A stretch of DNA of 64,000 nt from a virus (Duplodnaviria > Caudoviricetes). The stretch lies in the IMG/VR virus record IMGVR_UViG_3300019742_000001; one strand, written 5' to 3'. The translations under genes were made by a program, and so were the position numbers. Below are positions 39,894 to 49,365 of the stretch, one piece after another. The notes under the pieces were generated by a model that made no database searches, was not told where the DNA came from, and saw only the letters and a list, made by a program, of their open reading frames with translations. The number at the start of each line of letters is the position of its first letter. Position 1 is the stretch's first letter.

Positions 39894-42103
39894 TATCCAC
39901 CTAACCCCCATGTCTTATTATGTAACATCATACCCATGTTTTCTGGGTCTGTAGGTATATCATTATCTCTACTTTGTATGCTATTCATAATATTAGTTTG
40001 TTGTATTGCATTCCGTTGTCTCTCATCATTCGCTGTTGTCAATGTTGAATTAGTAATATCCAATTTTCTTCCTGTATCCTCAACAGCCGATGTCTGTCTT
40101 CCTGTCTGTTCTGCCCTCGCCCTATCTTTATCAGCAAATGACGGTAACGATGACACAACCTGTTTTTTCGCATCCAACGATGCCATATAAGTGTCAATCT
40201 TCTCAGTTTGCTCCCTGTCCCAAAGATATGCACTACTAGGATATTCTTTTTCTGACCACCCACGACTTGCCAGAAATGCTTCATACTCTTTCCTCATAGT
40301 AGGAATATCTTCTTGTAATTGATCCACGGTCTTTCCACTAGGAGAAGTTCTCAGTGATATTCCATTTACTTCCTCATCAAAAAAACTAACGTCTCTATTT
40401 CCTTTCGAATATCTACTATAATAGGGAGAATATTCTGATTCTTTTTTTACTATACTTGGTGTACGACTTGATGCTGGAGCAGAAACTTCACCATCTTCAT
40501 CATCGTCACCAAAACCGGGAATCCAACTTGTAGCTTTATCCCATATCTTCCCAGCGGCACCCATAAGACCATCTTTTATAGAAGTGAATACCTCACCGAC
40601 TTTCCCAAAAAATCCCATTAACGAATCCCAGATACCACCAATCCATCCTGTAACACCATCATACAGTTCTAATATAGCGTCCTTACCAAAATCAACCTGA
40701 AAATCAACCCCAAACATTTTTAATGCAGTATTAATAAGCCATTCTGGTATCATCAATAATCCATCATAAATATCCGCTATTATCAATCTAGCCATTCCAG
40801 CCCAATCACCATCTTTAAACATCACAGATAACTTATCAAAATCCTTAAATAAATTATAAACAATCTTACCAACTGACATCACAACGGCAATAACACCTAC
40901 GATTATTGGGATTGCTGGAATCAACGTGGTAGTAACAAATGCTGTTATAATTGGAACAACCGCCATTAACATTGGACCGAGCCTCATCAAAGCAGACCAC
41001 ATACCCATACCGACATCCTTAGCCTTACTCAATCCTGCTTTCAATCTTTCCCGTTTATCGGCAAGCCAACGTTTAGCAGTTTCCCGTTTGTCAACAAGCC
41101 AACGTTTAGCAGTCTCATTTTTATCAACAAGCCAACGTTTAGCAGTCTCATTTCTATCAACAATCCAACGTTTGGCAGTCTCATTTTTATCAACAAGCCA
41201 ACGTTTAGCAATCTCTCTTTTCTCAACCATTCTCTCTTGTTTGTCAATAAACCACATACGATAAGTATCTTTTTTGTTCTCCCACCACCGTTTAGTTTCT
41301 TCTTTTCTAGTACCAACCAATTCATTACGAATATCTCTCAAAGAAACAGCAGACTCTTTCTCGTAGTCTGTAGGACCAGAAAATAATGTCTTTCCGATAG
41401 TGAACATTGATTTTGATACAGCAACCAACGGTCCTGTTAGTGCATCAATTGGTGCCATAATAGCACTCATGTGCGTCTTAAAGTGACCACTAATCTCTTG
41501 TATTCCTGTCTTATAGTGTTCCATCATACCATCAGTCATTAACCTACCAAACAACGGAACTGTTGTCAGAACACTTGACCTCCAACTATCCAATGTTCTT
41601 GTAAAACCAGAAATGATTGGATATAGTGAACTACTTCCAGTTTCAACGATTTCATCCATCGAAGATTCGACTTTAACCATCGCATTCTTAATAAACTCTT
41701 TGTTCTCTTTATAAAACTCTTTATTTTTCATGTAACGTTTGATGGTTTCTTGTTTCATCTGATTTACCATAAACTTCTTGTCTTCATCAGAAGCCTTCTC
41801 ATAAGCAAGACGTTTATTGTCATCACGAGCAAACTGAACAGATACATCGTGGGAAATTTCTTTAGCGAACGTATCTTCTTTACCAAGTGCTTTTGATACC
41901 ATCTTGGCTGTCTGTTCAGAAGTCTTTGCATTCTCCAACCTGACTCTGTTCTGAAAACGTTCCAATGCGGCTATCCCATCAGTTGACATTTCCAAATTGG
42001 TCTTTCCAAGATTCACCAACTTCTGTAGATACTCTGATTGTTTCGCCAATTGACTTTGATTAAGTATGCTACTTTTATCTGTATATTTTGTTGTATTCGC
42101 CAT
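39893..42103 (-). CDS. tape measure protein (gp29-like)
   Basis: Helical Ala/Gly-rich protein, central hydrophobic segment, Trp-periodic repeats, follows tube and chaperone genes; start trimmed to MANTT with GGAGA. Confidence 0.75.
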   Translation of the reverse strand: MANTTKYTDKSSILNQSQLAKQSEYLQKLVNLGKTNLEMSTDGIAALERFQNRVRLENAKTSEQTAKMVSKALGKEDTFAKEISHDVSVQFARDDNKRLAYEKASDEDKKFMVNQMKQETIKRYMKNKEFYKENKEFIKNAMVKVESSMDEIVETGSSSLYPIISGFTRTLDSWRSSVLTTVPLFGRLMTDGMMEHYKTGIQEISGHFKTHMSAIMAPIDALTGPLVAVSKSMFTIGKTLFSGPTDYEKESAVSLRDIRNELVGTRKEETKRWWENKKDTYRMWFIDKQERMVEKREIAKRWLVDKNETAKRWIVDRNETAKRWLVDKNETAKRWLVDKRETAKRWLADKRERLKAGLSKAKDVGMGMWSALMRLGPMLMAVVPIITAFVTTTLIPAIPIIVGVIAVVMSVGKIVYNLFKDFDKLSVMFKDGDWAGMARLIIADIYDGLLMIPEWLINTALKMFGVDFQVDFGKDAILELYDGVTGWIGGIWDSLMGFFGKVGEVFTSIKDGLMGAAGKIWDKATSWIPGFGDDDEDGEVSAPASSRTPSIVKKESEYSPYYSRYSKGNRDVSFFDEEVNGISLRTSPSGKTVDQLQEDIPTMRKEYEAFLASRGWSEKEYPSSAYLWDREQTEKIDTYMASLDAKKQVVSSLPSFADKDRARAEQTGRQTSAVEDTGRKLDITNSTLTTANDERQRNAIQQTNIMNSIQSRDNDIPTDPENMGMMLHNKTWGLGG
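41050..41212 (-). repeat. five 33-bp tandem repeats encoding KRWLVDKNETA-type 11-mers
   Basis: Direct inspection of DNA and protein. Confidence 0.9.
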
Positions 42104-42135
42104 TATATTCTCCAAAAAACAAAAGGATCTAAGAG

Positions 42136-42143
42136 TATTTATA
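42136..42143 (-). promoter_or_regulatory. T4-type late promoter TATAAATA in the loop of a 14-bp inverted repeat (42122-42158)
   Basis: AAAGGATCTAAGAG / CTCTTAGATCCTTT flank tatttata; 33 bp upstream of the tape-measure ATG. Confidence 0.7.
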
Positions 42144-42193
42144 TCTCTTAGATCCTTTACGAATCTCATTAGGGTTAATTCCCTAAGATTATG

Positions 42194-42385
42194 TTATTTT
42201 TTATATGCTTCTGATTCTTCTTTCATGTCCTTTGACAACATTCCGACGATCATCTTACGCTCAAATTCTGGCATCGCGTTACTATCCGAAATTGTTATAT
42301 TCGCCCCTCTTGCCAGAAAATACTGTTCTTTCAATATAGAATCAAGTGAACAGTCATTACACAGAACGAATATTAGATAAAAAAA
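42194..42385 (-). CDS. 51: gp51-like baseplate/tail assembly chaperone frame (not in ORF track), probably reached by -1 frameshift
   Basis: Manual translation ...SLDSILKEQYFLARGANITISDSNAMPEFERKMIVGMLSKDMKEE, resembling the gp51 MPxER motif; no ATG or GTG before the conserved part. Confidence 0.65.
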   Translation of the reverse strand, partial: FFYLIFVLCNDCSLDSILKEQYFLARGANITISDSNAMPEFERKMIVGMLSKDMKEESEAYKK

Positions 42386-43122
42386 TCGTTTAATGGTATA
42401 TCAACAACCTTTTCGTTCATACAACTCACACAAGATATGTCCTTCTTGAATACCACTCCAAACTCGTTATCAGTAAACCAATCAGTAAACACATCAAACA
42501 CATCACTTTTGATATTATCAAGAATGTACTGTTTGTCTTCAAATGGAACGTTATCAAGTATACCAGATGGTGTATGAACCAATTTAACACAATTAACCAA
42601 TGTTCCTGTTTGAATATCAATCTGTCTCTCACGCAAACTTAAATTCTTTTCGTTAGACCTACTAACAGCATTTTTCTGACCACCACGTGTCGGGTAATCA
42701 ACTTCAAACTTCAAATCATCATTGATCGGTATAACAGCATCAACCTCTGGTCTTTGAACTACTTCCAGTTTCGTAAGATCAATACTAACCATGTTCTCTA
42801 CACCACATTTAGGACACTTATACGTGAAACGATACATATTACCTTTCGTCACTTTTCTAAGCTCTAATAATAGATTAAACCTATCTTGTAGATAGAGATC
42901 ATCTATATTAAAATCCTCTGTGATCACACAATCGGATATTAACTTGTCTAGTGCCCTCTCAACAACATAAGGATCACTTTCATCCTCATACGCAAGAATC
43001 TTTTTCATTTGACCGGTAGTGATAGGCTTTATCATTAATTCCTGACCACTACCAACCAACTTACAAGGAAATTCATAGGTTTCTATTAGACCTTTGATGT
43101 CCACAAATTTTGACTCACTCAT
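42373..43122 (-). CDS. 26: baseplate hub assembly chaperone gp26
   Basis: LYLQDRFNLLLELRK, CPKC, LKFEVDYPT, C-terminal CVSC...DFF. Confidence 0.85.
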   Translation of the reverse strand: MSESKFVDIKGLIETYEFPCKLVGSGQELMIKPITTGQMKKILAYEDESDPYVVERALDKLISDCVITEDFNIDDLYLQDRFNLLLELRKVTKGNMYRFTYKCPKCGVENMVSIDLTKLEVVQRPEVDAVIPINDDLKFEVDYPTRGGQKNAVSRSNEKNLSLRERQIDIQTGTLVNCVKLVHTPSGILDNVPFEDKQYILDNIKSDVFDVFTDWFTDNEFGVVFKKDISCVSCMNEKVVDIPLNDFFI

Positions 43123-43142
43123 TTATATATCCCCTTTGTTTT

Positions 43143-43682
43143 TTATGCTGACGCTTCTGTAGCAGAAGGTCCAGCTTGAATATCATCAATTACGTGATAT
43201 TGGTATGTAAAGACAACATCAAAAGATGAAATCTCCTTATTACCATAATCCAAACTAATTTCACTTATAGAACTAGGCCATGCTCTGTGTAGACTATAAT
43301 TCATAATTGAATTTCCATCAGAATCTAGTTGGGTCAAATCAACCTGACCAAAATAATCAGATGGTACCCCATGAGCATTACTCACAGGATCATGGATCTT
43401 GTTCATCCATTCCAGAAAATTGGTTCTGAGTGCATTTGCCGTATCAGATTTAAAATTAATGGTAAACTCAGCGAAAGTATTTGTTCCACCAAATTTATAT
43501 TCGGCACCCTGCCATTTAGTTGTAATAGCTTCAATTGTTTGGGTTGGTAATGATGCTGTATTAACTAAATATGGGTGGTCTTTTAAAATCTCTACTGGAC
43601 TGTTAGATATTCTCGCATAAAACAAATACCCTCTTGAAAAATCACTATACGCCCCAATAAAATCATCTATCTTGAATCCCAT
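43143..43682 (-). CDS. 19: tail tube protein gp19
   Basis: ASLP, GGTNTFAEFTINF, AWPSSISEISLDY, FDVVFTYQY. Confidence 0.9.
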   Translation of the reverse strand: MGFKIDDFIGAYSDFSRGYLFYARISNSPVEILKDHPYLVNTASLPTQTIEAITTKWQGAEYKFGGTNTFAEFTINFKSDTANALRTNFLEWMNKIHDPVSNAHGVPSDYFGQVDLTQLDSDGNSIMNYSLHRAWPSSISEISLDYGNKEISSFDVVFTYQYHVIDDIQAGPSATEASA

Positions 43683-43742
43683 GTTTCCTCCTAATATTAT
43701 AAGGTTAAGGGATCAATTAAGACCCCTTAACCAGATTGTTAA

Positions 43743-46016
43743 TTATACTGCCGCTGCAGCTTCTTCAAACGATGCACCTGTTTTAGTTGCAACAAAGTTA
43801 AGAACAATAAATTCTGCTGTTCTTGTTGGTTTGATAAGAATATCACACCATAATTCGTTACGATCAACTCTCTCAGGTGTATTGTTACTATCGTCACAAA
43901 TAACCTTGAAATCATAGATACCTCGTCTTGACTGTACATCCCTCAAGAAAGGGTTAATCATATTCACCAACAAACTTCTGGTAACCTTGTCATTTGGCTC
44001 AAACAAGAAATACTTAGCTGATGTTGAAATAGCTTTCTCTAATGTAATAAACAAACGACGAACATTGACACGGTTGAAAGCAGATGATTTAGCCAACATT
44101 GTCTTCTGACCCCAAACAACCTTACCTTGTCCTGAAAAGGATACGATAGGGTTAAGACCATTTGAGTATAGAATATCTCTGTTACCTTGTTTTGGGTTCC
44201 AAGCTAGTCTACGAACACCAGTAAGAACCGCTCTGTTAAGACCAGCGGGTGCCCACCAAGGATCTGTTACATCATCAGTTTTTGCATAAATCCCACCAAT
44301 GTAACCAGCAGTTGGAATCCAACGATACTTCTGATTGTATTTATCATAAACTTCAATCCAGTTTCCGTAGATAGATGCATATGATGTGTTCTCATTAAAT
44401 CCACCTTGTGAGAATGAACCTGTACCATTTCTCCAATCACGAAGTTGAACTGTCTCGTTACCTTTATTGTTAATAACCAATGTCTTTGGAACATCAAGAA
44501 TTGCCATACAATCAAGACGCTCTTCACACATAGCAATGATATCTGATTTTACTGTTTCTGATTTACCAGAATCAAGGATTAGGTTAACATCAACAGTCTC
44601 AGGATCTTCATACAATCTATAAGCCTCAATGATATCAGCATCAGATGGAGCACCTGTTCCGTCACTACCACCAGCAAATCGATGGAATGTATCTACACAT
44701 AACATAGATGGAAAGTCTTGACCTTCTAATGAAGATACATCAACCGAAATTCTAATGTAAGAAGATTGGTTATTAATGATGTCTTCAACAAATCTCTTAC
44801 CACCTGTTTCATCAAGTGCATTTGGATCTGTTGATACATTAAATGTTTCTTTTGTAACCCATGTTGATTTTCTTTGTGGTTTCTCTTGAACCAATACCAA
44901 GAAATCTGTTGAACTTTCCAACTGTGAATCTATAGATGATAGTGCAGAAAATGCATCACCATATTGAGTTGTATCTAATGTACCATCTAACATACTCTTT
45001 TGTGTATCGTAATCTAAGAATGCAATTCTAATATTATCACCCCAATCACCTCTTGAAGAAGCAATGAACCAGAAATAATCACTTACATTAGTTACTTGTA
45101 CATCATCACCAAAGTCATCAGGATCTTCACTTGGAAGAACACTAAAATCAAGATCTGTTCCATTAATATCAAATGTACCACCACCAGAACTTAAAAGAAC
45201 CTCGTCTGTCTGTAAAACACCGTCAACGATATTCTCAGTGATGTTAACAGTAAAACCAGAACCAGATCCACCAGTTGTCTCAACGTTTATTGCGGTTGAA
45301 TAACCAGTACCACCATCAAGAACCGAGAATGTTAAAACTGTTCCATCTGTATCAACAGTTTCTATGGTAAGTGTTGCGTCTTCATTACCACCTGTTACTG
45401 TAACGATATCCCCTTCAAGATATCCACCAACAGATAACAAATCACTCATTACTGTTGATGTAGTTGTTTCACCAGTTACATCAACACCATAACCACCACC
45501 GCCAGCAACAAGGTCAACTGTAACAACAACCCCATCAATAACATTGGTAACTTGAACAACAGCGTCAACTGAACCTTCTGTGTTCCCATTGATTGTAACC
45601 ATTTCACCGATCTTGTATCCAGTACCACCAACGTTCAATTCCACTTCTGTTACCGAACCTACTGTGTCACCAAATGGTATCGTTACAGTAGTATCTACTG
45701 TTAGACCAACACCACTTCCTGTACCTACTGTTAAACTTGCAAATGTTGCATCTGAGTTTGCCACTCTTGTCGCATACAATTTGTTACCGTATTTCAGAAA
45801 ACCCGCTGATGATAAAATATCTTCATATGATTCATCGGTTGGTTCCCCAAACGCACTGATAAGATCACTCTCATCCGTAACGAGTGTTTGTTTCTTTTCA
45901 GCACCTTTGTATGTTTCTCTAAGGGCAATAACTCCAATACTTGTAGCAACGGCTGGAATAGTCGTAGACAAGTCAATCTCGTTTACATCTACAAGTGGAG
46001 ACAAATAAAAAGCCAT
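43743..46016 (-). CDS. 18: tail sheath protein gp18 with inserted surface domains
   Basis: LSPLVDVNEIDLS, WWAPAG.NR, SAFNRVNVRRLF, AEFIVLNFVATKTG. Confidence 0.97.
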   Translation of the reverse strand: MAFYLSPLVDVNEIDLSTTIPAVATSIGVIALRETYKGAEKKQTLVTDESDLISAFGEPTDESYEDILSSAGFLKYGNKLYATRVANSDATFASLTVGTGSGVGLTVDTTVTIPFGDTVGSVTEVELNVGGTGYKIGEMVTINGNTEGSVDAVVQVTNVIDGVVVTVDLVAGGGGYGVDVTGETTTSTVMSDLLSVGGYLEGDIVTVTGGNEDATLTIETVDTDGTVLTFSVLDGGTGYSTAINVETTGGSGSGFTVNITENIVDGVLQTDEVLLSSGGGTFDINGTDLDFSVLPSEDPDDFGDDVQVTNVSDYFWFIASSRGDWGDNIRIAFLDYDTQKSMLDGTLDTTQYGDAFSALSSIDSQLESSTDFLVLVQEKPQRKSTWVTKETFNVSTDPNALDETGGKRFVEDIINNQSSYIRISVDVSSLEGQDFPSMLCVDTFHRFAGGSDGTGAPSDADIIEAYRLYEDPETVDVNLILDSGKSETVKSDIIAMCEERLDCMAILDVPKTLVINNKGNETVQLRDWRNGTGSFSQGGFNENTSYASIYGNWIEVYDKYNQKYRWIPTAGYIGGIYAKTDDVTDPWWAPAGLNRAVLTGVRRLAWNPKQGNRDILYSNGLNPIVSFSGQGKVVWGQKTMLAKSSAFNRVNVRRLFITLEKAISTSAKYFLFEPNDKVTRSLLVNMINPFLRDVQSRRGIYDFKVICDDSNNTPERVDRNELWCDILIKPTRTAEFIVLNFVATKTGASFEEAAAAV

Positions 46017-46031
46017 AATTGTATAATCCTC

Positions 46032-46535
46032 CTAATTAATATTTCTTATTTCATATCTATCGTAAACTAAGTTCGCAGATGATTCCAAATTTTGCGACCC
46101 TTCACGATAGGTTAAACTTATTTCACCTAACATGTTTATCCAAACTCCTATAAGATCAACAACCATTATTTCTTCCTGAAAATTATCCAAGATTCTTAAT
46201 GTAGCATCTATCTTATATTCGTTTCTTGTTCGACCATATCGGTCACTATTATTATTTATAAAAGTTATCCATTTATAAAGTGTTGACCAGTTATTAAATT
46301 TCGAATCAACGGTGAATGTTACCAACCAAGGTTCGAATGTTATACTTCCTGAGTCCTGATGTATCGTTCCACCCTGCCAATTGATCTCTGTTGTATCAAG
46401 TGTCACAGAAGGGATAACTGTTGTATGGATATTCAAAGTCAACCCCTGCATGTCTCGTATGTTGTCACTTACAGGAATTTTAGGGAAAATTAATTCAAAA
46501 TTACTTGGTGTTGCTTTATTTAAATTAGTTCTCAT
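46032..46535 (-). CDS. 3: tail tube terminator/completion protein gp3
   Basis: IPSVTL, ITFEPWLVTFTVDSKFNNW pattern; lies between gp15 and gp18. Confidence 0.7.
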   Translation of the reverse strand: MRTNLNKATPSNFELIFPKIPVSDNIRDMQGLTLNIHTTVIPSVTLDTTEINWQGGTIHQDSGSITFEPWLVTFTVDSKFNNWSTLYKWITFINNNSDRYGRTRNEYKIDATLRILDNFQEEIMVVDLIGVWINMLGEISLTYREGSQNLESSANLVYDRYEIRNIN

Positions 46536-47384
46536 TTATTTCTCCCCATTAATAACATGTTCGTATTTAAACAATTCTCTTATTGAGTCATCCACTGGCA
46601 CACCTTCTACTGGAATCTCAGTCGCAAATAAATTTCCCTGCATTGACTGATTACCCAATTCACCTATCAACAACTCTGTATCCTCACCCCGATTTTCAAA
46701 AGATGAGTCACTTGTATATATGTTCTGAACAACACTATGAACTCTCTTGGTATCATATGTAGGTGAAAATAAATAACCTTGTACCTTGAATGTTAAATCC
46801 CAACGTAGTACTCTATAACCAGCCTCATCTAAATCAACAGTTGCCTCTTTCGACGCACTTTCATAAACAACACGTAGGTCCAATTTATCCGAACCTGATT
46901 CTCCATCCTCTGACAAACCATCTATGTTTAATTCTGGTATCGTTATTCTTATATATGACTCTGGTGTAAAAAATGGGAATATCTGTTCTACTATTTGTGT
47001 TATATCAACCATATACTCTGATGCAATCATAACTTTGAAAGTAAAATCATATGGCACTGGATTGAAAAATTGTTTGTTACTGGAAGAATCACTTGATAGT
47101 GTTACCTTGTGATTACGGTTTACTTGTCTATCCAGTGCATATTCAACGTTTTCCATCTCTATTGCCATTGTAGGCAACACTTGGTCACGAACATCACCAG
47201 CTTCTTTTAACTCTGTCCAATACCATTGTTTGGTTTTTGGAGCAAAACTCAACGGAACTTTTACATATTTAATAACCTCACCAGTTTCTTCATTGTATCT
47301 AGCAATAACTATGTCATTAAATAGATCAAGAAACTGGATGATGGTTTTTCTCATCACATTATAAAAAAAGTGTTGTTGTGCCAT
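46536..47384 (-). CDS. 15: tail sheath stabiliser/terminator gp15
   Basis: HFFYNVMRKTIIQF.DLFNDI, VPLSFAPK, NPVPYDF, QIVEQIFPFFTP. Confidence 0.92.
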   Translation of the reverse strand: MAQQHFFYNVMRKTIIQFLDLFNDIVIARYNEETGEVIKYVKVPLSFAPKTKQWYWTELKEAGDVRDQVLPTMAIEMENVEYALDRQVNRNHKVTLSSDSSSNKQFFNPVPYDFTFKVMIASEYMVDITQIVEQIFPFFTPESYIRITIPELNIDGLSEDGESGSDKLDLRVVYESASKEATVDLDEAGYRVLRWDLTFKVQGYLFSPTYDTKRVHSVVQNIYTSDSSFENRGEDTELLIGELGNQSMQGNLFATEIPVEGVPVDDSIRELFKYEHVINGEK

Positions 47385-47653
47385 TATTCCTCACATCCCA
47401 TTTCCATCTTAGCAAGTCTTGTGTAATAATCAGGGCATTCGGCAAGATGATCTAAAGCAATTCGTTTGGCTATCTCAGGGTTACTTGTGTGTTCATATTC
47501 AACTTTGATACCCATCTTGAGTTCTTTAGGGTCACAATCTTCTTCTTTAAGACCCTTTTCTTTAGCACGACCTTTATTTAAAAACTCATCTACAAAGTTT
47601 ATGTCACCATCGGCTTCACTAACCAAACCCATAAAATCCATTAATCTTGACAT
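47384..47653 (-). CDS. DUF5661-like phage protein
   Basis: ELKMGIKVEYEHT.NP.IAKRIALDHLAECPDYYTRL. Confidence 0.75.
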   Translation of the reverse strand: MSRLMDFMGLVSEADGDINFVDEFLNKGRAKEKGLKEEDCDPKELKMGIKVEYEHTSNPEIAKRIALDHLAECPDYYTRLAKMEMGCEE

Positions 47654-47707
47654 CTGTATCCTCCATCTGTCTGTTATTCATATTTATCAAAAATATCACG
47701 GTAATCT

Positions 47708-48817
47708 TTATCTAAATAAAATATTATCCAGATCAGTATTGTCTATATAATCTGATTCAACCTCAACCCAATCATTGTCACCATATGTATCTGTAGATCT
47801 ATCCTCTAAAGGTATACCAGTGTCTTCATATGTTGGATGTGGATCTTTGTCATCTTCAACATAAACTTCTGTTTCTAATAGATCATAACTACCATCATCA
47901 TTTTTCTTGTAAGTTGAACCACAATCCAAACTACCAACATCAATATCCAATGTTGAGACTGGTACGTATGTCATTTCATCACCATTAGCATATATTAAAT
48001 CAGCAGTCAAACCGTCAGGACTTATATGAATCTGTGTCCATCCAACTTTACCCGTATGGATTTGTTCAGCCATTAATGATTGTTCACTGTAACGATATGG
48101 CCTAAGAATAAATTCCCATACCAATTTCTTCGCCATAAATATCGATTGTTCTGCACCAACGTCTGCAATTTCATAATTTCTGTTATTCCACAGAGTTTTT
48201 ATGACATCTCCTGCCATTGGAGTGATATCGGAAGTTGTTGTTGTAGAAATAATAAATGATGCGTTACTATCTCCACCAACTATTGTTATAGTGTCACCGA
48301 TAACATAACCAGATCCTTTATTAAAAGAATCTAGTTTTATACTTGTAACTGACCCATTCGATGTGGTTATATCAACAACCAACCCCGTACCAGTACCACC
48401 AGTAGTGGATACTTGGTTTTTTGTTAGATATCCTGTTCCACCAATTGCCCCACCGATAGTCTGAGGAACACCACTTATAACAGCACCTATATCACGTGAA
48501 AATGTTGACTTAGGTATCAAAGAGTATTCTAATGTTTCATCTGATCGTATACCCATCATATCTATCATGTTTGGTTCATCTGATGGTTCATAGTATAATT
48601 TGGTGGTAACTGGATCATGATAATTCTGATTAGCATCTTCACCATAAAGTCTATCCATCTTAGACTTTGCCCTATAATATTGCACAGGGAATCCTGCTAT
48701 GTCTGTATACTCACCAACAACAGACTCATACATACAATATGCTGGGTTATTCTCTGTTACATCATAAAGACTCCACAATGGAGTACCTTTTATGCAATTA
48801 GGAGGACATGTAGACAT
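47708..48817 (-). CDS. 14: neck protein gp14 with inserted GGxGY module
   Basis: DRLYGED, GDVI..LWNNRNYEI; lies between gp13 and gp15. Confidence 0.8.
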   Translation of the reverse strand: MSTCPPNCIKGTPLWSLYDVTENNPAYCMYESVVGEYTDIAGFPVQYYRAKSKMDRLYGEDANQNYHDPVTTKLYYEPSDEPNMIDMMGIRSDETLEYSLIPKSTFSRDIGAVISGVPQTIGGAIGGTGYLTKNQVSTTGGTGTGLVVDITTSNGSVTSIKLDSFNKGSGYVIGDTITIVGGDSNASFIISTTTTSDITPMAGDVIKTLWNNRNYEIADVGAEQSIFMAKKLVWEFILRPYRYSEQSLMAEQIHTGKVGWTQIHISPDGLTADLIYANGDEMTYVPVSTLDIDVGSLDCGSTYKKNDDGSYDLLETEVYVEDDKDPHPTYEDTGIPLEDRSTDTYGDNDWVEVESDYIDNTDLDNILFR

Positions 48818-48827
48818 TTATTACTCC

Positions 48828-49076
48828 TTAAACCGGATCTGGTATTTGAAACCACATATCTCTGGTCATATCTCGTTCTGGATCTTCGATTGGATCACCT
48901 TGTGACAGTGTACGTACCTCTATCTTACTTCCATTTATATATTCAACTCCAACACCTTCCAACACAATATCTTCTCTGATCGATAGATAGTTTGTTATTA
49001 CACCATCAACCTCTTCGGAAATTGTTGTTAGTTTTGTGTCATCAAAGAGTATCCATTTAGCATCTATTTGAGCCAT
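48828..49076 (-). CDS. hypothetical protein
   Basis: 82-aa ORF within the neck operon. Confidence 0.6.
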   Translation of the reverse strand: MAQIDAKWILFDDTKLTTISEEVDGVITNYLSIREDIVLEGVGVEYINGSKIEVRTLSQGDPIEDPERDMTRDMWFQIPDPV

Positions 49077-49327
49077 TATAACCCCCTTCTTTTAATTTCT
49101 TGTTTGATTATTTTTATTTGTAAATCTCTTGGGGTTTTTTTCAAAGTTTTTTCATCTTCTCCCCCAGACAGATTGATTAAATCTTCATCTGACATTTTTC
49201 TGACATTATCCCTAACTTTTTTAGGGTCAGAAAAATCCTTGTCCCACCAAAACATTTTATTGAATTTATCACCCAAAGTATCTTTTTTTGATTCACCAAG
49301 ATATTTTTTCACTATTTCATCAATCAT
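49076..49327 (-). CDS. hypothetical protein
   Basis: 83-aa ORF with GGAG RBS. Confidence 0.6.
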   Translation of the reverse strand: MIDEIVKKYLGESKKDTLGDKFNKMFWWDKDFSDPKKVRDNVRKMSDEDLINLSGGEDEKTLKKTPRDLQIKIIKQEIKRRGL

Positions 49328-49365
49328 TATCAGTCTCCTTTATATCCATCCATAAGTAATTGATT

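Noticed and set aside
41050-41212. CRISPR-like array
   Set aside because: The repeats are contiguous 33-mers without spacers and are in frame within a coding sequence
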